Program-made: the position numbers and the translations under genes
The notes under the pieces: generated by a model
Told to the model about the DNA's origin: nothing
Database searches by the model: none
What the model saw: the letters and a program-made list of their open reading frames with translations, nothing else
Shown here: positions 1-10,147 of the stretch, one piece after another
Layout: the number at the start of each line of letters is the position of its first letter
Numbering within the stretch: position 1 is the stretch's first letter
Assembly (NCBI GenBank): GCA_964576115.1
Contig: CAZNUA010000001.1
Location: 124,001 to 188,000, forward strand
DNA from: an uncultured Gemmatimonadota bacterium
GTDB taxonomy: Bacteria; Blakebacterota; Blakebacteria; Blakebacterales; Blakebacteraceae
DNA length: 64,000 nt
Reading direction: 5' to 3'

Positions 1-971
1 TGCCGGCGCAGGGTCCGGTACTCCTGCATGAAGGCTGCCTGCTGTTCCTGGCTGAGGGATTCGATATCGCCGTACTTTTCCTGCAGGGCCGCTTCGGCGG
101 CTTCGCGCTCGGGATTGGGAACCTCACCCCTGATGAACGAGTCGAGCGGGATGAGCTGGATACAGCCGCCGATCTCGGCCAGGCGGTAGAGCATCTCGTC
201 GCTGAAGTTGCGGGGATGATCGTTGATCCCGTCGACGCCCGAGTGGCTGGCGATGACCGGGGCACTCGACATCTCGGCCACGTCGAAGAAGGTCTGATCG
301 GAGACGTGGGAACAGTCGATCATGACTCCCAGGCGGTTCATTTCAGCCACGACCTGGCGGCCGAAGTCGGTCAGACCGAAGTCCTCCCGCTCCTCGCGGT
401 GGGTGCTCGAGGCACAGATCTGGTTATCAGAGGAGTGCGAGAGGGTCATGTAGCGCATGCCGCGGTTGTAGAAATCCTCCACGTTGGAGAGATCGGGCCC
501 GATCGGGTAGCCGTTTTCCACCCCGATGAAGATGGCCCTCGTGCCCGCCCGATGCAGGCGCAGGGCATCGGCCACGCTCAGAGCCAGCTCGGCATCGGGG
601 CTCGCTTCGGCCTGGGCGTGAACCCAGTCGAATGCCGCGATTGCCCTCTGGTGGACGTTGGCGTACCCCTCCTCGGTGAGCGGCCCCTGCTCGGTGTACA
701 CGGCCAGAAAGACGGCGTCTACATCACCCTCGATCATGCGGGGGATATCCCACAGGCCGCCTCCCCCCCACGTCTCCAAGTCGTGCCGGTCATTGGCGCT
801 CCACTCGGGATCGCGCACGTGCAGGGGGGAGTCGAGATGGGTATCGGCGACCCAGGCTTTCACGTGGGCTCTCTCGGCCCGGGCCACGATCTGCTCTTCG
901 GTCAGTTCTCCGGAACAGGCAGCCATCACGACGATGGCGGCGGCCGGCAGCAGCAGGGCGATTCGGCGCAT
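1..971 (-). CDS. Membrane dipeptidase (peptidase M19), lipoprotein; runs off the window start
   Basis: Not in the ORF track; translated by hand from ATG at 971 (GAGGAG upstream): MRRIALLLPAAAIVVMAAC lipobox, then ADTHLD, IFIGVENG, GMRYMTLSH, GVMIDCSHVSD, PVIASHSG, HPRNFSDE, all M19 motifs. Confidence 0.9.
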   Translation of the reverse strand, partial: MRRIALLLPAAAIVVMAACSGELTEEQIVARAERAHVKAWVADTHLDSPLHVRDPEWSANDRHDLETWGGGGLWDIPRMIEGDVDAVFLAVYTEQGPLTEEGYANVHQRAIAAFDWVHAQAEASPDAELALSVADALRLHRAGTRAIFIGVENGYPIGPDLSNVEDFYNRGMRYMTLSHSSDNQICASSTHREEREDFGLTDFGRQVVAEMNRLGVMIDCSHVSDQTFFDVAEMSSAPVIASHSGVDGINDHPRNFSDEMLYRLAEIGGCIQLIPLDSFIRGEVPNPEREAAEAALQEKYGDIESLSQEQQAAFMQEYRTLRR

Positions 972-1074
972 CGGTGTCACTCTCCTCATTCATGTCCCTC
1001 GGGTCACGTCCTCGCGGATCATCTGCCTTCGTTACACTCACTCTGCGACCGGCATTCAGACCGACCGTATCTCG

Positions 1075-1851
1075 TTACCGGGCGCAGGTCTGATGCCGGC
1101 CGCCGTCGATGGCGATCGTCTCCCCGGTAATCCAGCCGGAGTTCGGCGAGACCAGGAAGGCGATCAGGTCGGCGATTTCCTCGGGCCGGCCCACCCGCCC
1201 GAGAGGATGGGTCGTTTTCGAGTGCTCCAGGAAGGTGGCGTAGCGTTCCTCATCCATGCCCCCCGCCCGGTGCAGGTTGGTCACGGTCACCCCGGGATTC
1301 AGCCCGTTGACCCGCACCCCGTGCGGCGCCAGTTCCATGGCCAGGCAGCGGGTGAGCTGATCGACTCCGGCCTTGCTGACGCAGTAGGCCAGCACGCCGG
1401 GGAAGGCCCGCAGACCCGTCACGCTCGAGACGTTCACGATCGTTCCCTGCGAGACGAGCAGGGAGGGGATGCAGAGCCGGGTCAGGGCGAAAAGGGAGCG
1501 GAGGTTGATATCCATCATGATATCCCAGTCCTCCAGGGTGGTGCTCTCCCAGTCGGCGCTGGCGATGATCCCGGCGGCGTTGACCAGAGTGTCGAGCCCG
1601 TCGAATTCGCTCAGAGCGGTCTCGACCAGTTCGGTCCGGAAGGCGTCATTGGTCAGATCGCCGGCCAGAACATGGATGCTGCCCGGGGCCGGATCGAGGG
1701 CGGCGGCGAGTTCGGCCAGGGCTTCGGATCGGCGGCCGGTGGCGCAGACCCGGGCGCCGGCCCGGACAAAGAGTTCGGTCGCGGCCCGACCGATGCCGCT
1801 GCTCGCCCCCGTGATGAGAGCCCGTTTACCACTGAAATCCCATGTCGCCAT
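1075..1851 (-). CDS. SDR family oxidoreductase
   Basis: TGASSGIG Rossmann motif, NAAG, YCVSK (YxxxK), PLGRVGRPEE. Confidence 0.93.
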   Translation of the reverse strand: MATWDFSGKRALITGASSGIGRAATELFVRAGARVCATGRRSEALAELAAALDPAPGSIHVLAGDLTNDAFRTELVETALSEFDGLDTLVNAAGIIASADWESTTLEDWDIMMDINLRSLFALTRLCIPSLLVSQGTIVNVSSVTGLRAFPGVLAYCVSKAGVDQLTRCLAMELAPHGVRVNGLNPGVTVTNLHRAGGMDEERYATFLEHSKTTHPLGRVGRPEEIADLIAFLVSPNSGWITGETIAIDGGRHQTCAR

Positions 1852-2094
1852 GACTGCATCCCTTCCTGTTCGTCGCCTCTCTCCGGTTCATGCGTTTCCC
1901 GCGTCCGGACCCCGACAGTATCACCTCCGGCCCCGGCAGGGAAAGGGCGGCTCAACGGTTCGGATCCGCAGGTCGGTGCAACCCGGCAGGCGCGAGAATC
2001 GTGAATGGAGAGAGATGATGTCATGTACTATTCTACAGCATCTCGCTCTGTCTTTATCCCCCGTCCCACCCCGTTCGGAGATGAAAGGCGTTGA

Positions 2095-4404
2095 ATGAAA
2101 CACCTCGCCCGACTGCTGCCGATCATCCTGACGCTCCTGCTCGCCGCTCCGCCATCCGCCAGGGCTCAGACGAACGGAGCGATCGCCGGGATGGTAACGG
2201 ATGCGATCACCGGCGCTCCCCTTCCGGCCACCAACATCTTCCTGCGTGATAGCGGTCGGGGAGCTTTCGCCGACCGGGAGGGACGTTTCGTGATCCCCGA
2301 CCTGCCGGCCCTGACCGACGTGCTGGTGGTGAGCCGGATCGGCTACCGGACCGGCGAACACACCATCGAACTGCGAGCCGGCGAGCGACTCGAGATCGAG
2401 ATAAGGCTCGAACCGCACACCATCGACATGGGGCGGGTAACGGTCACGGCCGACCGGCGGATCGAAGCTGAACACCGGTCCCACAAACCGATCGGGCTGA
2501 CCGAAGAAGAGACGATCGAAAACCGATCCGCCTCGAGTACCGCCGACGCCCTGCGCGAAGCTACCGGGGTGCTGGTGCAGAAGACCACCGCCGGCCACGG
2601 CGCGCCGATCATCCGCGGCCTGATCGGCAAGGACATCCTCCTGCTCTACAACGGGGTGCGCCTCAACAAACCGATCTTCCGCGAGGGGGGAAACCAGTAC
2701 CTGAACACGATCGATGCCGAAGCCCTGACCCGCATGGAGGTCGTGCGGGGTCCCGGCTCGGTCCTCTACGGCTCCGATGCCGTGGGGGGGATGGTCAATC
2801 TCATCTCCCGCCCCCCCGCCTTCACCGACGGCAGGGTGCAGTGGCGTCCCCGCCTGCACACCCGCTACACCTCAGGTGACGACGGCCGTTCCCTGCACCT
2901 GGGCCTGGAACGGGCCGGCCCTTCCTTTGCTGCAACGGTCGGGGCGACGGTGCGTTCGGTCGGCGACCTGAAACCCGGCGGGGTCATCGCCCCTCACCAT
3001 CCGACCGGTTACGACGAAACTTCGGGCTACCTGATCGGCGCCTGGCGACTCTCCGATCGTCAGACCCTGCGTTTCGACGTGCTCAATACCCTGCAGCGCC
3101 GGGTGCCCCGCTACGATCAGTACGCCTCGGGCTCCTACAAAACCTATCTCTACGAACCGCAGCGGCGCTTTCTGGGAATGATCGCCTACTCCCATCACCA
3201 GCCCGCCCCCTGGCTCAACAACCTGGAAATCAATATCAGCTTCCAGCGCGAACACGAGGGCCGGCTCAAGCGCAAACCGGGTGACGACACCCTGCGCCAC
3301 GAGGACGATCTGCTCACGACCTTCGGGACCTTTCTGCAGGCCACTTCGCTGCTGGCCAACCGGCACGTGGTCCGCTGGGGGGTCGAGTACTACCACGACA
3401 ACCTGGCCAGCGGGCGGACCGATATCACCGGTGAGGTCAGGGAAGAGAAGCGCGGCGCCTATCCCGACGGTTCGACCTTCGATCAGTTCGGCCTCTTCGC
3501 CAGCGATGACCTCATGCTCGGGCACCGCACCAATCTCACCCTTGGTCTGCGTTACAGCCTGATCGGGTACAGTGCGCCGCTCGAGGCGCCATGGGGATCC
3601 TTCGAGGACAGCTTTACCAACCTGACCGGCAATCTCGGTCTGAGCAGTCAGGTGGGTTCCGGTTTCATCCTCCTGGCCAATGTGAGCCGCGGCTTCCGGG
3701 CTCCCAACTTCAATGACACCGTGGTTCTGAAATCGAGCCAGAACTGGGTCGACGCCCCCAGCCCGGGCCTGCGGGCCGAACTGAGCACCAACTACGAGGT
3801 CGGCTTCAAGACCGAGTGGAACTCGAGCGATATCGAGGGCTTTGTCTACTACTCGGCCTTCGACGATCTGCTTGCCCGCACCGACGGCACGTACGACGGC
3901 CAGTCATGGCTCGATCTGGACGGCGACGGGCTGGAGGATCCGGAGGAGCGGATCAAGGTCAAGGCGAACCTGGGCGAGGCTTATATCAGAGGGGCCGAGC
4001 TGCAGGGACGCTTCCGCCTCGTCGACGGGCTCTTTCTGCGCGGCAATGTCTTCTATACCTACGGTCAGAGCACGACCCTGGATGAACCGATGCGGCGCAT
4101 CCCGCCCCTGATGGGACTGGCCGGGGTGCAGTGGCGGGGCGAGGGGAAGAGCCTGGAGTTCTTCGTGCGGGCCGCCGGAGCCCAGGACCGGCTCTCGGCC
4201 GAGGATATCGATGACACCCGGATCGATCCGGGGGGCACGCCGGGCTGGTCTGACTGGAACCTGCGGGGTTCGTACGATCTCGGCCCCTGGCGTCTCGGCC
4301 TGACCTTCGGGAACATTTTCGACCACGCCTACAAGGAGCACGGTTCGGGGGTCTACAACCCCGGCCGGCATCTGGTCGTCTCGATCGGATACGCGCCGCG
4401 CTAG
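2095..4404 (+). CDS. TonB-dependent receptor with N-terminal carboxypeptidase-regulatory-like domain
   Basis: Signal peptide, GAIAGMVTD..TGAPL domain, plug motif RMEVVRGPGSVLYGSDAVGGMVNLIS, GFRAPN, C-terminal NIFD..Y...PGR. Confidence 0.93.
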   Translation: MKHLARLLPIILTLLLAAPPSARAQTNGAIAGMVTDAITGAPLPATNIFLRDSGRGAFADREGRFVIPDLPALTDVLVVSRIGYRTGEHTIELRAGERLEIEIRLEPHTIDMGRVTVTADRRIEAEHRSHKPIGLTEEETIENRSASSTADALREATGVLVQKTTAGHGAPIIRGLIGKDILLLYNGVRLNKPIFREGGNQYLNTIDAEALTRMEVVRGPGSVLYGSDAVGGMVNLISRPPAFTDGRVQWRPRLHTRYTSGDDGRSLHLGLERAGPSFAATVGATVRSVGDLKPGGVIAPHHPTGYDETSGYLIGAWRLSDRQTLRFDVLNTLQRRVPRYDQYASGSYKTYLYEPQRRFLGMIAYSHHQPAPWLNNLEINISFQREHEGRLKRKPGDDTLRHEDDLLTTFGTFLQATSLLANRHVVRWGVEYYHDNLASGRTDITGEVREEKRGAYPDGSTFDQFGLFASDDLMLGHRTNLTLGLRYSLIGYSAPLEAPWGSFEDSFTNLTGNLGLSSQVGSGFILLANVSRGFRAPNFNDTVVLKSSQNWVDAPSPGLRAELSTNYEVGFKTEWNSSDIEGFVYYSAFDDLLARTDGTYDGQSWLDLDGDGLEDPEERIKVKANLGEAYIRGAELQGRFRLVDGLFLRGNVFYTYGQSTTLDEPMRRIPPLMGLAGVQWRGEGKSLEFFVRAAGAQDRLSAEDIDDTRIDPGGTPGWSDWNLRGSYDLGPWRLGLTFGNIFDHAYKEHGSGVYNPGRHLVVSIGYAPR

Positions 4405-4445
4405 GGTAACCGGCGATCGTAAGGTTTGGCTGGCGCCGGAGGTTC

Positions 4446-5276
4446 TCAGCCCTCCCGCCAGTGGCTGCGGGGAGGCAGACCGGCGATCTTCTCTATCCTG
4501 ACCTCGGCCGGGGAATCAACCAGCACGAAGTGGTCCTTCTCGACCGCTTCCCACTCCGCAGGTGAGTCGAGCGGTTCGGACGCGATCCAGACCGCTTCCG
4601 GGGTCTGACGCAGGTAGAGACTGTTCGATTTGATCCCTCGCGCCAGACGGGCGAAGACCATCGCCCGGCCGTTGGTCAGCCCCAGATTGAGGGAAGCCCG
4701 GGCTTTGTCCTCGCGGGCGATCTCCAACACCATTTTCAGCGCAAAATACAGTGCGTCGCGCAGCACTGCGGCATCGACTCCATCACCCATGTCGTGGTCA
4801 AGCAGGTAGGTCTTGACTAGGGCGAAAATCCGTTCCGAATCAGCCGAGCCGTGCAGGGTCGCCAGGACGGCGTCGGGGATCTGTTCTACGAGGGGGCCCC
4901 GGAAACGCAGATGGAATCCCTCCACCGCCCCGTTGTGCATGAAAAGCAGCTGCTGGTGCACGAAGGGCGGTACGTTCTGGAGGTTGACGTCGAATCCGGG
5001 ACTGGCGTTGCGAACCGCAGCGAAGAGGCAGCTGGTATGCACCGCCCGTCCCAGCCGCGGCAGATCGGTATCGCTCCAGATCGGGGTGTCACGGTGGTAG
5101 ACGCCGGGCAGGTCGCACTCATCGCAGTACCAGCCGAAGCCGAACCCGTCGGCGTTGATGGTGCCGGTGATCATTTCGCGGGGTGCGTACGACTGCTCGA
5201 CCAGAGAATGCGACGGTTCCAGGATGGCCGAAGCGATCGAGATCTGCGGCCCCATGTACCCCAAGAGTCGGCTCAT
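4446..5276 (-). CDS. EgtC-like class II glutamine amidotransferase (Ntn hydrolase); N-terminal Cys replaced by Ser
   Basis: RLLGYMG, HSLVEQSYAPREM, NADGFGFGWY, PIWSD, FMHNG, DSE, IASEPL; begins M-S-R instead of M-C-R. Confidence 0.85.
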   Translation of the reverse strand: MSRLLGYMGPQISIASAILEPSHSLVEQSYAPREMITGTINADGFGFGWYCDECDLPGVYHRDTPIWSDTDLPRLGRAVHTSCLFAAVRNASPGFDVNLQNVPPFVHQQLLFMHNGAVEGFHLRFRGPLVEQIPDAVLATLHGSADSERIFALVKTYLLDHDMGDGVDAAVLRDALYFALKMVLEIAREDKARASLNLGLTNGRAMVFARLARGIKSNSLYLRQTPEAVWIASEPLDSPAEWEAVEKDHFVLVDSPAEVRIEKIAGLPPRSHWREG

Positions 5277-5415
5277 ACGCGCTCACTCCCTGATCCGGTC
5301 ATGATCTGATCAACTCCTCGCAACCTCCAAAGAAACGAACCCTGTCCCCCGGGGCAATGAGGGACGTATGCGATCTGCGAACCCGACGGCGGGCTCATGA
5401 GCCGCAGGTTCCGGT

Positions 5416-6843
5416 TTACCGGCCCTCCGCACGCGGCAGCGGTGTCTGGATGTCGGCCAGGATGTAGGCCATGACCGCCATGGCGGCGGTGCCGTCGGCC
5501 AGCAGCACGGGATCGATGTTCTCGACCACATCCTCGGCGGAGTGATGGTAATCGAAGTAACGGCTCACGTCGGGCCAGAGCGCGAGCACGGGCACCCCCT
5601 CGGTACCCAGCGGACCGATATCGGGTCCCCCTCCGCCGATTCGCAGCTCGGTCGCTCCGATCGGCTCGAGCAGGCTCAGAATGGACCGGAGGACGGCGTA
5701 GCCTGATTCGGTCGTCCCTCCGGCACTGAAACCTATCAGGGGGCCGGCTCCGGCATCGGACTCGATCGCCGCCACATGGTCGTGAACCTGTCCGGCATGC
5801 CGGCGGGCATACCCGTTGCCGCCGTTGAGCTCACCCATTTCCTCGGCTGCAAAGAGGACCACCCGGATTGTCCGACGGGGTCGCAGGTCGAGAGCCAGGA
5901 GCAGGCGGGCCGCCTCCATGGCCTGGATGCAGCCGGCGGCGTCGTCGTGGGCTCCCGTTCCCAGATCCCACGAATCGAGGTGTCCGCCGATCACGACCAC
6001 CTCGTCGGGCCGCTCCCGTCCGACGAGTTCCCCGATGACATTGGCGCCGTTCACGTGAGGCATCGTCCGGGCCCCGAGCCGGAGGCGGACGCGGACCCGC
6101 CGGCCGGCGTCGCAGAGCCGGGCCAGAGCACCGGCGTCGGCCATGGTCAAGGCCGCGGCCGGGATGGGCGGCACGCCGTCGACATACTGCATTACCCCGG
6201 TATGGAGATTGGCCGCCGGCCCCGTGCCCACACTGCGCACCAGGCAGGCCACCGCCCCCTTGCGGGCCGCCGCCGCCGGACCCCCGCTGCGGTAGGCGAC
6301 CGCCTCGCCGTAGCCGGCCATCGAACGGTCGGTCCGGCGCATGGGGACGTTGAAGAGCACGATCCGGCCCCGGACCTCCGCATCGGGCAGAGCCTCGAGT
6401 TCGTCGAAACTGGTCACCATCACGACGTCGGCTTCCAGCCCGCCGGGCGGGGTGCCGATGCTCCCGCCCAGGGTGGTCAGCCCGAGCGGGCGCCGGGCGG
6501 GGCGAATCAGAGAGGCTTCTTCATCCCCCCGGATCCAGTGCGGTACCAGCACCGGTTCGCTCCGAACGTTCTCGAGCCCGTCGGACCGCATGGTCTCCAG
6601 AGCCCATTCGCGCGAGGCCCGGTCACCGGCCGAGCCTGAAAGGCGGGGCCCGATCCCGTCGCAGAGGGCCACCAGCTTGTCCCACTGCCGCCCCTGCTCG
6701 CGGACCGCAGTCAGAATGCGGCGGGCATCGCTGCGATAGTGCACAGCGATATCGGACTGGGCCGTCAGCGGCAGGGGGCGGACGGGCAGCAGGAGACAGG
6801 CCGCTCCCGCCGCGACGATCACCCTGGGTACGTATGCTTTCAT
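5416..6843 (-). CDS. Secreted M28 metallopeptidase with PA domain (carboxypeptidase Q-like)
   Basis: IGPRLSGS, GGHLDSWD.GTGAHDD, FAAEE, ESD, YHHSAED. Confidence 0.92.
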   Translation of the reverse strand: MKAYVPRVIVAAGAACLLLPVRPLPLTAQSDIAVHYRSDARRILTAVREQGRQWDKLVALCDGIGPRLSGSAGDRASREWALETMRSDGLENVRSEPVLVPHWIRGDEEASLIRPARRPLGLTTLGGSIGTPPGGLEADVVMVTSFDELEALPDAEVRGRIVLFNVPMRRTDRSMAGYGEAVAYRSGGPAAAARKGAVACLVRSVGTGPAANLHTGVMQYVDGVPPIPAAALTMADAGALARLCDAGRRVRVRLRLGARTMPHVNGANVIGELVGRERPDEVVVIGGHLDSWDLGTGAHDDAAGCIQAMEAARLLLALDLRPRRTIRVVLFAAEEMGELNGGNGYARRHAGQVHDHVAAIESDAGAGPLIGFSAGGTTESGYAVLRSILSLLEPIGATELRIGGGGPDIGPLGTEGVPVLALWPDVSRYFDYHHSAEDVVENIDPVLLADGTAAMAVMAYILADIQTPLPRAEGR

Positions 6844-6868
6844 CTCGTCCTCCCGATGTATCGGGGAG

Positions 6869-7756
6869 CTATAGAGTCGGCTGCGCCGGACGGCGCCCCA
6901 TCATGATGGTGCTGAGCACGATCACCACTGCCCCGGCGATACTCAGCAGGTTGGGAATTTCGGCGAAGAAGAACACTCCCCAGAGAGCTGCGAATACGAT
7001 CTGCACGTAGCCGACCGGGGCGGCCCGTCCGGCCCGCTCGAGCTTCAGAGCCCGAGTCAGGTAGATCTGTCCGAAATGGGTGAAGACCCCCAGGCCGATC
7101 AGCATCAGCCACTCCATCGGGGTGGGCATAACGAACTCGATCGCCAGCAGGGGCAGGGCCCCGAGAGTGCTCACCAGCGAGAAGTAGAAGATGATGACCA
7201 GGGATTCTTCGGTGTGCCCGAGCCTCCGGATCGTCACCCAGGCGGCGGCGCTCATCAGGGCTCCTCCCAGACCGATCGTGACCGCCACCTGATCGAGACC
7301 GCTCCCCAGACCGCCGAACAGCGCGGTCGGTTGAGCCACCAGCATCACCCCGGCCAGGCTGATTCCGATCAACACTCCCTGCCGCACCGAAAAGTGCTCG
7401 GCCAGGAAGATGACCGCCAGCAGGGCGGTGAAGACAGCATTGGTAAACATGATCGTGGTGGCGTCGCTCAGAGGCAGGTGGACGATCGAGTAGTAAAAAA
7501 AATTCAGGGCGACGAAACCGAAAACCCCGCGGGCGATGAGCAGGCCACGATGATTGCCCCAGGTCGGAATGCCCTGGCGCCGGATCAGGACGGTACAGAT
7601 GATGAGCATCACCAGGGAGCGGAAAAAAACCATTTCCCAGGTGGGCAGATGCCGACCGGCCATCTTGACCATCAGGCTCATCAGACTGAAAAAGAAAGCG
7701 GCGCCCACCATGTGGCGCTGACCGGGGGAGAGAGCGGGTAGACGAAAACCAGGCAT
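6869..7756 (-). CDS. DMT/EamA family transporter
   Basis: About 10 hydrophobic segments in two EamA repeats (EMVFFRS, LPLSDAT, FLAE...FFAEIP); start trimmed to ATG 7756. Confidence 0.9.
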   Translation of the reverse strand: MPGFRLPALSPGQRHMVGAAFFFSLMSLMVKMAGRHLPTWEMVFFRSLVMLIICTVLIRRQGIPTWGNHRGLLIARGVFGFVALNFFYYSIVHLPLSDATTIMFTNAVFTALLAVIFLAEHFSVRQGVLIGISLAGVMLVAQPTALFGGLGSGLDQVAVTIGLGGALMSAAAWVTIRRLGHTEESLVIIFYFSLVSTLGALPLLAIEFVMPTPMEWLMLIGLGVFTHFGQIYLTRALKLERAGRAAPVGYVQIVFAALWGVFFFAEIPNLLSIAGAVVIVLSTIMMGRRPAQPTL

Positions 7757-7904
7757 GGAGCCAAACAACTTCCCCCGGCGACCGCCGTCAGCCTCTTTTT
7801 CGCCCCGCCCGATCCGAATGCACCTGGAGTGCTTCCCGCAGTCGGTATACATTCCCCCTCGACCGCCGCCGCAACCCGTCGCCCGCTGCCGGAAAGGATG
7901 GCAT

Positions 7905-9335
7905 ATGCCGGAAAGTCCAACCTGCCCTGCGACGTCCACCCGGTTCGTCGCCGCCGGATGCTGTCTCGCTCTGTTCGGATTGCTTACTCTTTCTGGTTGC
8001 AGCCGCACGGACGGCGAGTCTGCCCGGTGGCGCGAAACTGCTCTGGCCGGTCTGGAATGGCTCGCCGCCGCCGCGGTGCCCGGTCCGGCCGGGTCGCTCT
8101 ACCCCGACGTGCCCGGCGACAGCCTTGGGATCCCCACCAATCCCGACCTCTACCACGGCCAGGCCGGCCGGGTCTTCGGGCTGCTTCAGGCTGCGGCCGC
8201 GCTCGGGGATGATCTGTGGCGTGAGCGGGCCCTGGCCGCCATGAACGCCCTCGAGGCCCTGACCGGCACCGCCCGGTCGACCGGCGTCCCGGGAGCCGGG
8301 CTCTACACCGGCCTGGCCGGTTCGGGAGCCGCCCTGCTGGCCGGCGCCCGCCTGTTTCCCGATCAGCCCCGATTCGCCGAAGCGGGGCTGGCCCTGGCCG
8401 ACGAGATTCTCGACTCGGTCCGCCCGGCCGGAACCGGGGCGACCTGGAGCGGGGGGAGCGATATCATCAGCGGAACGGCCGGGACCGGGCTCTTCCTGCT
8501 CGAAGCCTGGCGTTTCTCCAGCCGGGAACGTTATCTGGACGGCGCTCGCGAAGCGGCCGACTGGCTCCTCTCGGTCGCCCAACGCCGCGAGGATATGCTC
8601 TTCTGGCCGGTCGGCGGTGCGACCGGGATGCACTATCCCAACTTCGCCCACGGCACCAGCGGGGTCTGTTTCTTTCTCGGCGAGCTGGCCACAGCCCTCG
8701 GATCCGAAGTCGAGAACTACCTCACCGCCCGCCGGGCGGGACTGGCCTGGCTGACCGCGCACGGTTCGGCCGGCGGGAGCGTGGTCTTTCATCACGAAGA
8801 AGGGGGTGAAGATCTGCAGTACGTCGGCTGGTGCCACGGTCCGGCCGGAACCGCACGCGCGTTCCTGCAGGAACGGGCACTGCCCGGCAGTCCGGCCGGT
8901 GCACCGGTCCCCGCTCCGGCCCTGGCCGGTGCCGACTGGCTCGTGACCGAGGTCGGAGCCGAACCGGGCGAGAGCCCATCCGGGTACTGGAACAACGTCA
9001 GCGTCTGCTGCGGCACCTCCGGCATTCTGCTGGCCATGCTCGACGTCTATCTCGAGACGGGTCAGGAGCGTTATCTCGAACACGCCCGGGCCTGCGGGCG
9101 CGTTCTGTGCCGGTGGGCGGTGACCGAAGGTGCGGGAGTGAAATGGCCGCAGGCCGAGCACCGCGTGCGGCCCGATTTCATCCAGGCCCAGACGGGATAC
9201 ATGCAGGGCGCAGCCGGCATCGCCGCCGCCCTGCTGCGGCTCTGGCTGGTCGAAACCGGACACCCGGAGCGTTTCGTGCGCCTGCCCGACGAATATCGCG
9301 GCACCCCGGGACGCGGGACCGGAGAGGGGTCATGA
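7905..9335 (+). CDS. LanC-like (lanthionine synthetase C-like) protein with lipoprotein signal
   Basis: Repeated GxxG barrel motifs (LYHGQAG, LYTGLAG, IISGTAG, YMQGAAG), FAHGTSG, GWCHGPAG, VCCGTSG; LTLSGC lipobox; AAGGA before ATG 7905. Confidence 0.85.
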   Translation: MPESPTCPATSTRFVAAGCCLALFGLLTLSGCSRTDGESARWRETALAGLEWLAAAAVPGPAGSLYPDVPGDSLGIPTNPDLYHGQAGRVFGLLQAAAALGDDLWRERALAAMNALEALTGTARSTGVPGAGLYTGLAGSGAALLAGARLFPDQPRFAEAGLALADEILDSVRPAGTGATWSGGSDIISGTAGTGLFLLEAWRFSSRERYLDGAREAADWLLSVAQRREDMLFWPVGGATGMHYPNFAHGTSGVCFFLGELATALGSEVENYLTARRAGLAWLTAHGSAGGSVVFHHEEGGEDLQYVGWCHGPAGTARAFLQERALPGSPAGAPVPAPALAGADWLVTEVGAEPGESPSGYWNNVSVCCGTSGILLAMLDVYLETGQERYLEHARACGRVLCRWAVTEGAGVKWPQAEHRVRPDFIQAQTGYMQGAAGIAAALLRLWLVETGHPERFVRLPDEYRGTPGRGTGEGS

Positions 9336-10105
9336 GAGTTACGATCTGCGAACTGCCCGACGAGAGCGGCGCCTTTGCCGACGCCTGGACCGACCTCGTC
9401 TCGCACGTACAGGCCGAAGCGAGCGAACTGGTCCTGCTGCCCGAGATGCCTTTTCACCCCTGGCTCCCGGCCCGGCGCGAGGTCGATCCCGAGCTCTGGG
9501 CCGCGGCCGTGGCGGCTCACGACCGGTGGCAGGAGCGACTGGAGCAGCTCGCACCCGCCGTCGGACTCGGTTCCCGCCCCATCGAGCGGCAGGGTCACCG
9601 CTTCAATGAAGGCTTTGTGTACGAACCCGGTACGGGGTACCGGGGAGTGCACCTGAAGAGTTATCTCCCCGACGAACCCGGTTTCTGGGAGGCCAGCTGG
9701 TACGAGCGAGGCCCGGGCGAGTTCGCGGTTACGAGCGCCGGTCGGGCCCGGATCGGTTTTCAGATCTGTACCGATCTCTGGTTTCCCGCACACGCCCGCA
9801 CCATGGGACAGGCGGGGGCGCAGATCATTGCCGTACCCCGGGCTACACCTGTCGCGACGGTGCCCAAATGGCTGACCGGAGGAGCCGTGGCGGCGGTCGT
9901 GTCGGGCGCTTTTACCATCTCTTCCAACCGGGTGGCTCCAGCCGGTGGAGAGGTCGATCTGGGCGGGGTCGGCTGGGTCTGCGATCCCGAGGGGGTGATT
10001 CTGGCGATCACCTCTCCCGAACTGCCCGTCCTGACCATCGATCTGCCCCTCGAGGAGGCCGATGCGGCCAAAAGCACCTACCCGCGCTACGTGCCCGACC
10101 TGTGA
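9332..10105 (+). CDS. Carbon-nitrogen hydrolase (nitrilase superfamily)
   Basis: E-K-C triad context: LLPEMP, HLKSYLP, QICTDLWFP; ATGA overlap with the LanC-like gene. Confidence 0.9.
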   Translation: MRVTICELPDESGAFADAWTDLVSHVQAEASELVLLPEMPFHPWLPARREVDPELWAAAVAAHDRWQERLEQLAPAVGLGSRPIERQGHRFNEGFVYEPGTGYRGVHLKSYLPDEPGFWEASWYERGPGEFAVTSAGRARIGFQICTDLWFPAHARTMGQAGAQIIAVPRATPVATVPKWLTGGAVAAVVSGAFTISSNRVAPAGGEVDLGGVGWVCDPEGVILAITSPELPVLTIDLPLEEADAAKSTYPRYVPDL

Positions 10106-10147
10106 ATCCGATCCATCCGGCCGCGGCCGGGTGTGAAGGAGGCTGTT

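Noticed and set aside
216-2004. Plus-strand ORFs 216-1130 and 658-2004
   Set aside because: Antisense shadows of the M19 dipeptidase and SDR genes.
7905-9335. Lanthipeptide biosynthetic gene cluster
   Set aside because: No dehydratase, precursor peptide or LanT transporter seen; only a lone LanC-like gene.
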